Shown here: in pieces, positions 27,861-36,683 of the stretch
How positions within the stretch are numbered: position 1 is the first letter of the stretch
Layout: each line of letters starts with the position of its first letter
Source: Thermoplasmatota archaeon
Lineage (GTDB): Archaea > Thermoplasmatota > Thermoplasmata > Thermoplasmatales > Thermoplasmataceae
Length of the DNA: 64,000 nucleotides
NCBI GenBank assembly: GCA_023488885.1
Contig: JAMDDH010000047.1
Location: 19,079 to 83,078, forward strand
Direction: 5' to 3'
The notes under the pieces: model-generated
What the model saw: the letters and a program-made list of their open reading frames with translations, nothing else
What the model was told of the DNA's origin: nothing
Database searches by the model: none
Program-made: the position numbers and the translations under genes

Positions 27861-28910
27861 TCATATCCAGACAGCATTGACCGAAACAACGTACCTGTAG
27901 ATAAAGGCCAGATTTATGCCAATAAAGTTAGATACAAGTATATTCAGCCCCACTGTAGATAAGATGACAAACACAAGGAAATTTATAATAACCCCGCCGT
28001 AAGAAGCGACATTAAATTTTGCGATTCTCATGACAAAACGAGATATTTTCCTATTCAGAATCCGTCCTCGGAATGTCCAGTATTCATTGAACAGGAAATT
28101 CGTCAAAACAGTGACCTCAATCGCCGCAAACTCTGCAAAGACGTAATTAATCTGGAACGAAAGCGAGTAAAGCACAAATTCATTGAGAATCAAACCAAGC
28201 AAACCAACGGTCAGGTACTTCCAGAGATTGCCATAAAAAAGGATAAACGTAAAGAAAGAGAGTACATCTCTACTACGGAGTTTGCTTTCTCCACCAATTC
28301 TCCGGCTGAAGTCCACCGGAAATTCCATTATGTTTAAACCCTTTGCGTGAAGTTCTGATACAATTTCCACCTGACCCGCATAAGAACCTTGTCTGGGTGG
28401 ATTATTCAGTAACTCAATCGCCGCCTTTTTACTGTACACCCTCAATCCGGAGGTTGCGTCGTGCAAGTACTTCCCGAAACTCATCCTGAACATGGAGTTG
28501 GCAGTCCTGCTGATGAGTTTCCTGATAAAATGCATTTCATTGGATTTGTTTTTTGAATGTTCTGAGTATCTTGAACCTACCACCAGATCAGCCTTGTTTT
28601 CTTTAGCGAAGATTACCATTTTCTCAAGGACTGACGGATCATGCTGTCCGTCTCCATCCATTACGCAGATGTAATCCGCGCCTTTACTGACAGCAACACC
28701 AATGCCTTCGATGTAAGCCGATACCAGGCCGAGCTTCTTTCCACGGTTTATGAAAATAGTGTTAGTATATGAAAGCGCAACTTGTTGGGTCCCATCAATG
28801 GAACCATCATCAACCACTATTACAGTATATTGTGGGGGTACTGCTCTAAGAATTGAATCAAGTCCTTCTTGTTCATTTAAAGTTGGGATGACAATAAATG
28901 GATCACTCAT
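27861..28910 (-). CDS. GT2 glycosyltransferase (dolichol-phosphate sugar synthase-like) fused to a GtrA-like membrane domain
   Basis: FIVIPTLNEQEGL, VVDDGSIDGT and MDGDGQHDP, followed by 4 TM helices (YLTVGLLGLILNEFVLYSL..). I prefer the ATG at 28910 (TATA-like CTATAT 26-34 nt upstream) over the track start at 29006. Confidence 0.75.
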   Translation of the reverse strand: MSDPFIVIPTLNEQEGLDSILRAVPPQYTVIVVDDGSIDGTQQVALSYTNTIFINRGKKLGLVSAYIEGIGVAVSKGADYICVMDGDGQHDPSVLEKMVIFAKENKADLVVGSRYSEHSKNKSNEMHFIRKLISRTANSMFRMSFGKYLHDATSGLRVYSKKAAIELLNNPPRQGSYAGQVEIVSELHAKGLNIMEFPVDFSRRIGGESKLRSRDVLSFFTFILFYGNLWKYLTVGLLGLILNEFVLYSLSFQINYVFAEFAAIEVTVLTNFLFNEYWTFRGRILNRKISRFVMRIAKFNVASYGGVIINFLVFVILSTVGLNILVSNFIGINLAFIYRYVVSVNAVWI

Positions 28911-29387
28911 CTTTGCGGTAGATCGTATTGATGGAGATATAGATTTCCTATGTCTGAAATGTTGTTCGGGAGAAAATATTGCATCTCTGGAAAGGCAATT
29001 ACCCAATTTTGTTAACGGCCAATAATAATCCAGCAGATGTAAGGATAATGCGATAATAACCCATAATATATGAGTTTTCTAATATTGTCCAGATATACCT
29101 ATGTGAGTATCTTCTCCGAAGGGATAAATCACATTTTGAGACTGATGAGTTACGATTCAAAGCCGTTGTAACTTGAAAATGAGGTTAACCAACCCAGAAA
29201 ATCATCTTCTGGAATGTTGAATCCTGCTTGCATAAAAATAATAAGATTTTAATGATCCACTGTTGGATGAAGGTACTGGTCACAGGCGGAGAAGGGTTCA
29301 TAGGACGTAACATAATTGATTTATGCAAGACGAAAGGATGGGAAACGACCTCCTTGGATATTATGCAAGGGGATAGCAAAGCTGACG

Positions 29388-29395
29388 TAAAAATT
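29388..29395. repeat. Target-site duplication TAAAAATT (left) of IS1
   Basis: The same octamer occurs at 30454..30461, immediately outside the inverted repeats. Confidence 0.9.
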
Positions 29396-29404
29396 GGTAG
29401 TGTC

Positions 29405-29866
29405 CTAATTTATGTGTCTTAATCTCGCATAAAAAAGATCATCCCAGGACCACAGGGATTCCGTCAGGTTCTCAAGCATTGCCGGTGATGTGCCTCTCCT
29501 GAATTCGCTCATGAAATTCCAGTAGAACTGAAACAGGGTGACGGCACATATGAGTCTTGTTTTCTTCTTTGAGAAGCATTTTGTTTTCCTGACTAGCCTG
29601 CCAACTCTTTCCCTGAGAATTCCGTTGAAGTTCTCCACATTCACAGTGTCTATGTCATCTTCATCCGGATCTCCATAGATAATGCGCCTCTCCTTGCGTA
29701 AGAGTTTTCCATGGGCGTCCCTGATCCTGGCAAGCTGTCCATAATTGATATTGACCATGGGAAAAAAGGATTTCAGCACGTATGTATAATCGTCATTACC
29801 GTCCGTGAACACCCCGATCCTTTCCTCCCGGAATGGCCTTACTCTTCTCCTGAAGTCGTAGATCAT
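29405..29866 (-). CDS. IS1-family InsB-like DDE part (expressed as an InsAB fusion by -1 frameshift)
   Basis: NVENFNGILRERVGRLVRKTKCFSKK (IS1 signature). The frame is open upstream to the A-run at 30002..30009. Confidence 0.8.
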   Translation of the reverse strand: MIYDFRRRVRPFREERIGVFTDGNDDYTYVLKSFFPMVNINYGQLARIRDAHGKLLRKERRIIYGDPDEDDIDTVNVENFNGILRERVGRLVRKTKCFSKKKTRLICAVTLFQFYWNFMSEFRRGTSPAMLENLTESLWSWDDLFYARLRHIN

Positions 29867-29931
29867 GAGACGGCATGTGTTTTGGACCCATTTCCCGATG
29901 CTGAATGTGGGGAATAGATACGAATCACGCT

Positions 29932-30402
29932 TTACTGCTGTGTAGATCCATGCATCGCCTTCCTCAGATTCATCTCCGCCAGTACGGACAAGTGTTTTCT
30001 GTTTTTTTTGATCATGGTCCAGATCTCATCCATCTCGTACTGTTCAAGGGGGATTGATCTCAGGAGTGTTTCATTCACATATTCTGCATTTTCCGCCAGA
30101 TCCTCCAGCAACTTGCCTATAGTGTCCCTGTGATGTCCCGTTATCCTCTCAATGGATCGGATTCCATTCTTCTCCACCAGGAGTTTGCAGATCCTGATGA
30201 TCTCATTCTCAGACATGTGCTTGTGATACAGCGGCGTCAACAGGGTCTCAGAGTATGTGTGATTGCAGTGAAGGCACTTGTACAACTGATGGCCTGCACG
30301 ATTCCTTCCCCTCTTTATTATGTCCTTGCCCCTCTCCCTGCCGAAATACCTGCAGCTGTGATTCTGGCATGTAACCGTATTCTCGCCTCTTGGCCTTGCC
30401 AT
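29932..30402 (-). CDS. IS1-family InsA-like protein (zinc finger plus HTH)
   Basis: CQNHSCRYFG...YKCLHCNHTY (Cys4-type finger), an HTH, and ..MDEIWTMIKKNRK at the frameshift region. Confidence 0.8.
   Translation of the reverse strand: MARPRGENTVTCQNHSCRYFGRERGKDIIKRGRNRAGHQLYKCLHCNHTYSETLLTPLYHKHMSENEIIRICKLLVEKNGIRSIERITGHHRDTIGKLLEDLAENAEYVNETLLRSIPLEQYEMDEIWTMIKKNRKHLSVLAEMNLRKAMHGSTQQ
30002..30009 (-). promoter_or_regulatory. IS1 -1 frameshift slippery run (A AAA AAA C)
   Basis: The minus strand reads ATC AAA AAA AAC. The -1 frame then reads QKTLVRTGGDESEEGDAWIYTAV.. straight into insB. Confidence 0.6.
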
Positions 30403-30453
30403 GAGTACTGATGCGGGGAAAGTATATTAACGCATCTAAAGTAGGACACTACC

Positions 30454-30461
30454 TAAAAATT
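30454..30461. repeat. Target-site duplication TAAAAATT (right) of IS1
   Basis: See 29388..29395. Confidence 0.9.
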
Positions 30462-31385
30462 ACTGGCTCTGTTCTTGACTTGCCTCTTATAAAGAAAATC
30501 ATGAAAGACGTTGATTACGTGTTTCACGAGGCTGCGATGACCTCACCACCTCAATTCGAAGAAAAACCCGCGGAAGGTTTCGAAATCAATACTGAAGGAA
30601 CTCTCCGAGTCCTTCAGGCATCAAAGGAGAGTGGAGTAAGGAAAGTAGTTCTGGCTTCATCATCTGCAATCTATGGAAACTCGACCGATATCACGAGGGA
30701 ATCGGATAAAGTTCCCAATTTCATTAACCATTATCCATTAACGAAGCATTTCAATGAACTGACGGCTAAGTTCTATACAGATAATTTTCAACTGGAGACA
30801 GTCTGCCTGAGATATTTTAACACATACGGAAAGGGAGAAAATTCAAAAGGATTTTATTCAAGCGTCATTCACAAATTCATTGACGCAATTAGAAACAGAG
30901 AAACACCCGTTATTTTTGGAGACGGTTCCCAGAGCAGAGATTTTATTTACGTAAAAGATACTGCAAGTGCTAACATATTAGCAGCGGAAAAAGGGAAAGG
31001 CGGGTCAGTGTATAATGTGGGAACAGGAGTTACTACATCGTTCAATGATATATTCCGCCTCGTCACTGAGTTAATGGAAGTAGATGTTGCCCCGTCATAC
31101 GAACCCATCCCCTTTAAGACTTACCAGATGTTTACACAAGCTAGTATATCCAAGATAAAAACGGATCTTTCTTTCGCACCGGAATACGATCTACGAAAAG
31201 GAATCGGGGAAATGATTGGGCACAGGTAGAATAGTATCGGGATTTTCATTCGAGAATCCAGGTTATCACAGAGCCACACGTACTATTTTTAGGGGTGGAA
31301 AGACCAATTGTGCACCTTAGGAACGAATGATAGTCTTGTCTTCAAGATGAAAAGTAATTTCTATGCTTTATAGATACTACTCAAA

Positions 31386-32459
31386 ATGAAAGGCGTAATT
31401 CTCCATGGCGGAAGCGGAACCAGATTACGGCCATTGACTTACACCGATGTTAAGCAGTTGCTTCCCATTGCCGGGAAACCGGTCAGTGAATATGCTTTAC
31501 TCAGTCTTATTGAAATCGGGATCACAGAAATCAATATCATTGTTGGCGAGGTTGGGGAGAAAGAGGTAAGAGATTATTATGGGGACGGTTCAAAATGGGG
31601 AGTCGCTATTTCCTACACCTACCAGGGCAAACCCCTGGGAATAGCCCACGCCATCGGCTTAACCGAGAGCTTCGTTAATAACGAGGAGTTTGTTGTGGTG
31701 CTCGGGGACAATTATTTTCAGGAAGGACTGAACGGCCTTTACAATGATTTCAAGCAGCAGGATGCCGATTCGCTGATTGCCCTTACAAAAGTCAGCAACC
31801 CCTCCCAGTTCGGCATTGCTGAAGTTGAAAACGGAAAAATAACAAGACTGGTGGAAAAGCCAAAGAATCCAAAATCCAACCTTGCCATAACCGGTGCTTA
31901 CTTTCTGAAGCCTGACATTTTCTCCATTATCAAGGTACTCAAACCATCATGGAGGAACGAGCTTGAAATAACAGAAGCGTTCCAGTTGATGCTAGACAGG
32001 GGGATGAAAATCGGTTATTCCACCATCGCTGGCTGGTGGAAAGACACTGGAACGGTTGATGAATTTCTCGACTGCAACAGGATGGTGCTGGACAAGATCG
32101 AAACAGACATTCCGGAGAAACCTGAATGGCAAAATGTACCACTTTCCGGGCGTGTGCATGTAGGGAGGAACGTAAAGTTGATGGGTACCACAAGAGTTCT
32201 GGGGCCATGCTACATAGGAGATAATACTGTCGTGGAGGATTCCTTCATAGGGCCTTATTCAAGCATAGGCACGAATTGCCATATAAGGAAAGTGGAAATC
32301 GAGGACTCTATTGTCATGGATGGTAGCAGCATCGAGATATCTGATGGTACAAGAATTTCACAGAGCCTCATAGGTTCAAACGTTTCAGTAAAGCCCTCAT
32401 TGTCCAGGTCCAGAACAATACGACTCATAGTAGGACGGGATTCGAAGATAGAACTGTGA
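31386..32459 (+). CDS. rmlA: Glucose-1-phosphate thymidylyltransferase, long form with C-terminal left-handed beta-helix
   Basis: MKGVILHGGSGTRLRPLTYTDVKQLLPIAGKPV and VLGDNYF, with hexapeptide-like repeats at the C-terminus. Confidence 0.85.
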   Translation: MKGVILHGGSGTRLRPLTYTDVKQLLPIAGKPVSEYALLSLIEIGITEINIIVGEVGEKEVRDYYGDGSKWGVAISYTYQGKPLGIAHAIGLTESFVNNEEFVVVLGDNYFQEGLNGLYNDFKQQDADSLIALTKVSNPSQFGIAEVENGKITRLVEKPKNPKSNLAITGAYFLKPDIFSIIKVLKPSWRNELEITEAFQLMLDRGMKIGYSTIAGWWKDTGTVDEFLDCNRMVLDKIETDIPEKPEWQNVPLSGRVHVGRNVKLMGTTRVLGPCYIGDNTVVEDSFIGPYSSIGTNCHIRKVEIEDSIVMDGSSIEISDGTRISQSLIGSNVSVKPSLSRSRTIRLIVGRDSKIEL

Positions 32460-32469
32460 GGCCGTTGAT

Positions 32470-33324
32470 ATGACTGAGGTAATGATTTTCGGGGCTGGTG
32501 GCCAGCTTGGAAGAGAACTTGTGAGAAGATTCCCAGAATCTACAAGAATCTACCATGCTTCCAACACAGGAGGTATTGCAGTTGATCTGAGTGATCTTGG
32601 GGGCGTTTCCAAGATCATTATGGAACTGAAGCCGGAAACTGTAATCAATGCAGCGGCTCTGGCAAATGTTGATCTTTGCGAAAAGGATCATCCTCTTGCC
32701 TACGCGGTGAATGGAGAAGCAGTCGGTGCAATGGCATCTGCAAGCAGGAAAATCGGTGCCAAGCTTGTCCATGTTTCCACCGACTATGTGTTCGATGGGA
32801 GCTTGGGCAATTATCGCGAAAGCGCTACTCCCAATCCAATTAATTATTACGGTTTGTCAAAACTGGTAGGTGACATATATGCGCTTTCATATGAGCATTC
32901 CATAGTAATCAGGACGTCTGGCGTGTTTGGCTACACCAGAAACTTTCCACTGTTTGTGCTTGAAAAACTCAATAAAGGAGAACAGGTGAATGCCATGGAA
33001 GGATATTATTCACCCATACACGCCGCCAACCTCGCAGCATCCATTTCTGCATTAACGAAAAACGATTTCACCGGCTTGATTAATATTGCAGGTGACAGGG
33101 TCTCACGACATGACTTAGCCATAAGGATTGCCGAAACCTTTGAAATGGATGCTTCCCTGGTGCACGAGACCAAGAATATTGCGAACATGAACGCAAGAAG
33201 ACCGTTTGATTCTTCACTGGACAGTTCCATCGCGTTATCCAAGGTTGGATTTGATTTTCATTCCCTCGCGTCTAACATGAAAGCCATGAAAGATACTATG
33301 GATAAACAGGAAAAAGGAAATTAA
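32470..33324 (+). CDS. rmlD: dTDP-4-dehydrorhamnose reductase
   Basis: IFGAGGQLGREL, VHVSTDYVFDG and YGLSKLVGD. Confidence 0.85.
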   Translation: MTEVMIFGAGGQLGRELVRRFPESTRIYHASNTGGIAVDLSDLGGVSKIIMELKPETVINAAALANVDLCEKDHPLAYAVNGEAVGAMASASRKIGAKLVHVSTDYVFDGSLGNYRESATPNPINYYGLSKLVGDIYALSYEHSIVIRTSGVFGYTRNFPLFVLEKLNKGEQVNAMEGYYSPIHAANLAASISALTKNDFTGLINIAGDRVSRHDLAIRIAETFEMDASLVHETKNIANMNARRPFDSSLDSSIALSKVGFDFHSLASNMKAMKDTMDKQEKGN

Positions 33325-33350
33325 AATATTATTCCGGTATTGGTGTAAGA

Positions 33351-33911
33351 ATGCCGTTTAAATTTACAGCGGAGAAAATTGAGGGTGTAATCCTTGTGGA
33401 GCCAAAGGGTTTCCCCGATGGCAGAGGATTCTTTTTTGAAAATTACAAGAAATCTGAGTTTTTCTCAAATGGTATCGAATATGAATTTGTGCAGGACAAC
33501 ACTTCCTTCTCTGATCCCGATATCATTAGAGGATTGCATTTCCAGGCACCTCCATACGAGCAGGGAAAACTTGTAAGAGTTATTACTGGTGAGATACTGG
33601 ATGTTGCCGTAGATATACGGAAGGGATCGCCCACATACGGGCAATGGGTATCAGAAATACTCAATGAAGAGAATAGGAGGATGCTCTGGGTTCCGCCCGG
33701 ATTCGCACACGGTTTCCTTACGCTCAAGAAGAGCTTCGTCCACTACAAGGTAACCAAAGAATACAACAAAGATTCTGAGGGAGGAGTAATCTGGAATGAC
33801 CCGGATCTGCGTATTAACTGGCAAAAAAGCAGTGCGCAGCTATCGCCGAAGGACAAGCTATGGCCCACCCTCAAGGATTTTAATTCCCCGTTCACTTATG
33901 GGAGGACGTGA
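33351..33911 (+). CDS. rmlC: dTDP-4-dehydrorhamnose 3,5-epimerase
   Basis: FPDGRGFFFENY, RGLHFQ..P..QGKLVRV and VAVDIRKGSPTYGQW. Confidence 0.9.
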   Translation: MPFKFTAEKIEGVILVEPKGFPDGRGFFFENYKKSEFFSNGIEYEFVQDNTSFSDPDIIRGLHFQAPPYEQGKLVRVITGEILDVAVDIRKGSPTYGQWVSEILNEENRRMLWVPPGFAHGFLTLKKSFVHYKVTKEYNKDSEGGVIWNDPDLRINWQKSSAQLSPKDKLWPTLKDFNSPFTYGRT

Positions 33912-33915
33912 TTGA

Positions 33916-34935
33916 ATGAAGGTTTTCGTTACCGGTGGAACCGGATATATAGGTAGAGTGCTGGTACCGATGCTCGTTAAGGTTGGTTATGATGTTACGG
34001 TTCTTGATAGAGAGTTTCTGAACTATGACGATGTAAACACAGAGTATGATAGTCTGGACGTGAAAATAATAAAGGATGACATTAGATATTTTGAGCCGTC
34101 GCTTCTTAGAGGTCAAGATGCAGTTGTGGATCTTGCAGCACTTTCCAATGATCCCATTGGCGATCTCGATCCACTAAAAACATGGGATATAAATTACATA
34201 GGCAGGGCAAGGGTCGCAAGGCTGGCTAAGAAGGTCGGCCTGGAGAGGTATATTGTTTCCTCCTCGTGTAGTGTGTATGGATTCAGGGAAGACACTGCTA
34301 ATGAGATGTCTGACGTAAACCCGCTGACTACCTATGCCCAGGCAAATGTGGAGGTAGAGAAAGACAACTTGAAACTGGGAGATTCACAATTCACTCCAGT
34401 GGCATTAAGACTTGCAACTGCATTTGGATATTCTAAAAGAATGAGGTTCGACCTTGCAATAAACGCCATGACACTCAATGTCTTCAAAAAAGGGAAACTT
34501 GGCCTAATGCGAGATGGAGAGCAATACAGACCATTCGTGCATGTCATCGATATTTCACGATCTATAATGACTGCCCTAGAGAGTGAGAGGGAACTTGTGC
34601 ATTCTCAAATCTTTAATGTCGGATCCGCTAGCTTGAACGTCAAACTCAAAGAACTCGCAGAAACCGTCAGAAGAACAGTAAATCCATCTTCTACTATTGA
34701 ATGGTACGGTGATCCGGACAGGAGATCTTATAGGGCATCCTTTGATAAAATAGAAAATACGTTGGGGTTTCATACTGAGGTCAGCATTGAAGATGGGATA
34801 CGTGAAATCAAAGAAAAACTGCGAGAGAACGTTCTTGATGACTTCCCAGAGACACACACTGTGGAGCAGTATAAGAAGTTGATAAATCAGAGGTCTCATA
34901 ATCTAGGAATCGACAAGTCGAACATAATTCTCTGA
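33916..34935 (+). CDS. Extended-SDR NAD-dependent epimerase/dehydratase-family protein with an atypical active-site motif
   Basis: MKVFVTGGTGYIGRVL. The expected YxxxK reads YAQAN (Lys replaced by Asn). Confidence 0.7.
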   Translation: MKVFVTGGTGYIGRVLVPMLVKVGYDVTVLDREFLNYDDVNTEYDSLDVKIIKDDIRYFEPSLLRGQDAVVDLAALSNDPIGDLDPLKTWDINYIGRARVARLAKKVGLERYIVSSSCSVYGFREDTANEMSDVNPLTTYAQANVEVEKDNLKLGDSQFTPVALRLATAFGYSKRMRFDLAINAMTLNVFKKGKLGLMRDGEQYRPFVHVIDISRSIMTALESERELVHSQIFNVGSASLNVKLKELAETVRRTVNPSSTIEWYGDPDRRSYRASFDKIENTLGFHTEVSIEDGIREIKEKLRENVLDDFPETHTVEQYKKLINQRSHNLGIDKSNIIL

Positions 34936-34960
34936 ACTTCTCTCGGGTAACTTCTTCGCA

Positions 34961-35637
34961 ATCGATGGGACTTTTACCTTCTGGACTCTGTCAGGAAATA
35001 TGACGTGAGATTTCATCACGTTTCCACCGATGAAGTGTACGGCTCCCTGTCCCTGGAATCTGCGGATAGCTTCAACGAAAACTCAAAATATGCTCCTCGC
35101 AACCCTTATTCTGCATCCAAGGCAGCCAGTGATCTCCTTGTAAAGGCGTATGTAAATACCTACAATGTCAGAGCAACCATCTCGAATTGCGGCAATAATT
35201 TCGGCCCTAACCAGCATCCGGAGAAACTGATACCAAAAACCATACTGTCCGCACTGTCAGGAAAAACAATACCGGTTTATGGAGACGGAAAACAGGTCAG
35301 AGACTGGGTGTTTGCTGAAGACCACTGCATGGCTTTGGACCTGATCCTGAAAAAAGGCAGACTGGGTGAGACCTATCTCGTCAGCTCTAAAATTGAATTT
35401 AATAATCTTGAACTGGTTGAGAAAATCCTTGACATGCTGTCTGCGGAACGCTCGTTGATCCGTTTCGTCAAGGATAGACCGGGTCATGATGTAAGATATT
35501 CAATGAATCCTGAAAAAATAGAGACAGAGTTAGGATGGAAACCAGGGTTTCCCTTCGAAGAGGCGTTAAAGGTGACAGTGGATCATTACCGGATGAATTT
35601 GAGCAGATATCTCGGAAAACGTATGACCATAACATAG
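34961..35637 (+). pseudogene. rmlB: dTDP-glucose 4,6-dehydratase remnant lacking ~100 N-terminal codons, with a frameshift near 34978
   Basis: IDGTFT in one frame, then LLDSVRKYDVRFHHVSTDEVYGSL, YSASKAASD and NCGNNFGPNQHPEKLIP. There is no Rossmann GxxGxxG part upstream, and the preceding gene ends at 34935. Confidence 0.8.
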
Positions 35638-35721
35638 GTCTACCCATATGCGGGAAGAGCACTAAAGTCGAACCCTAAAGGATTTTGACACCATATTGCT
35701 GACAAAAACTGACTTCATAAA

Positions 35722-35729
35722 TTTATATT
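35722..35729 (+). promoter_or_regulatory. TATA-box-like element (TTTATATT) upstream of 35754
   Basis: It lies 25-32 nt upstream of the ATG, which fits a leaderless-type arrangement. Confidence 0.4.
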
Positions 35730-35753
35730 GCCGGGTTAGTATACCTGACTTAA

Positions 35754-36683
35754 ATGCCTAGAATGCTAATCTCCGGCGGCAATGGTTTCCTAGGTTCTTT
35801 CCTTGCGGAACAGGCTATAAAAGAAGGGATAGAGGTTGTCGTTGTCGACGATTTCTCCACAAGCTCTGAAATTAACGTACCAGATGAGGTCAAGTTAGTG
35901 AGAAAGAAAATTGAAGACCATGACGATGAAAGCAGATATGAATACGTTGCGCATCTTGCGGCCAGGCCTTCTCCCGAGGATTACATTACTAATCCGATAT
36001 CCACGCTGCTATCCAATTCAATAGGCACGAAAAAGATGCTTGACATTGCACTGAGAAGCAATGCTGTCTTCCTGTACACATCCTCCTCGGAAGTTTATGG
36101 CGAGGCTGCAATAATACCAACTCCGGAGACATATTACGGATACGTTAACCCCAATGGCCCCAGGAGTTGCTACGATGAAGGGAAGAGGTATTCTGAAGCT
36201 CTCATAATGGCCTATTACAGGCAATACGGGTTGAACGTGAGGATTCAGAGGCCTTTCAATGTCTACGGTCCAAGGATAAGACCAGATGGACAGTACGGGA
36301 GGGTGATTCCGAGGTTTGTTGCCCAGGCGCTGAAAGGGGAACCAATCACCATTCATGGCGACGGTCTGCAAACAAGATCATTCCTGTATGTTGATGACTG
36401 GGTGAGGGCAACCTGGTCTATGCTGACTCGCGACAATATTTCCGGTCATGTTTTTAATATAGGGTCACCTGACCAGATTTCTGTGGCAAAACTTGCCCAA
36501 ACGATCAAGGAACTTACAAGCAGCAACTCCAGACTGGAAATGACTGAGAGAAGGGAAGACGATCCTACGAGACGTGCAGCAGACATCACCAAAGCAAAAT
36601 CTATCCTTGGCTGGGAACCCGTCGTCGGATTGCATCAGGGCCTGCAGGAAACAGTTGAATGGCTGAGGGGAAAAATACGATGA
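35754..36683 (+). CDS. UDP-glucuronate decarboxylase (UDP-xylose synthase)-like SDR
   Basis: ISGGNGFLGSFL, YDEGKRYSEALIMAYYRQYGLNVRIQRPFNVYGPR and QTRSFLYVDD. Confidence 0.75.
   Translation: MPRMLISGGNGFLGSFLAEQAIKEGIEVVVVDDFSTSSEINVPDEVKLVRKKIEDHDDESRYEYVAHLAARPSPEDYITNPISTLLSNSIGTKKMLDIALRSNAVFLYTSSSEVYGEAAIIPTPETYYGYVNPNGPRSCYDEGKRYSEALIMAYYRQYGLNVRIQRPFNVYGPRIRPDGQYGRVIPRFVAQALKGEPITIHGDGLQTRSFLYVDDWVRATWSMLTRDNISGHVFNIGSPDQISVAKLAQTIKELTSSNSRLEMTERREDDPTRRAADITKAKSILGWEPVVGLHQGLQETVEWLRGKIR

Larger units (their letters stand above)
29396..30453 (-). mobile_element. IS1-family insertion sequence (1058 bp), apparently intact
   Basis: Inverted repeats GGTAGTGTCCTAATTTA (29396..) and complement GGTAGTGTCCTACTTTA (ending at 30453), insA/insB ORFs in a 0/-1 frame, an A8C slippery run, and an 8-bp target duplication. 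Confidence 0.9.
29267..31229 (+). pseudogene. NAD-dependent sugar epimerase (extended SDR) split by an IS1 insertion
   Basis: The N-terminus MKVLVTGGEGFIGRNI...SKADVKI ends at 29395. The frame resumes at 30462 with TGSVLDLPL...YPLTKHFNE. It is a paralogue of 38797..39690. Confidence 0.85.

Noticed and set aside
29228-29266. The TTG start at 29228 for the epimerase N-terminus (MHKNNKILMIHCW)
   Set aside because: The Rossmann motif MKVLVTGGEGFIG starts at ATG 29267, and an A/T-rich TATA-like box at 29234..29243 would fall inside the longer ORF.
36659-36679. The track start MAEGKNT for the UDP-glucose dehydrogenase
   Set aside because: The conserved N-terminus MKVGVVGLGYVG begins at ATG 36680, which forms an ATGA overlap with the upstream stop.
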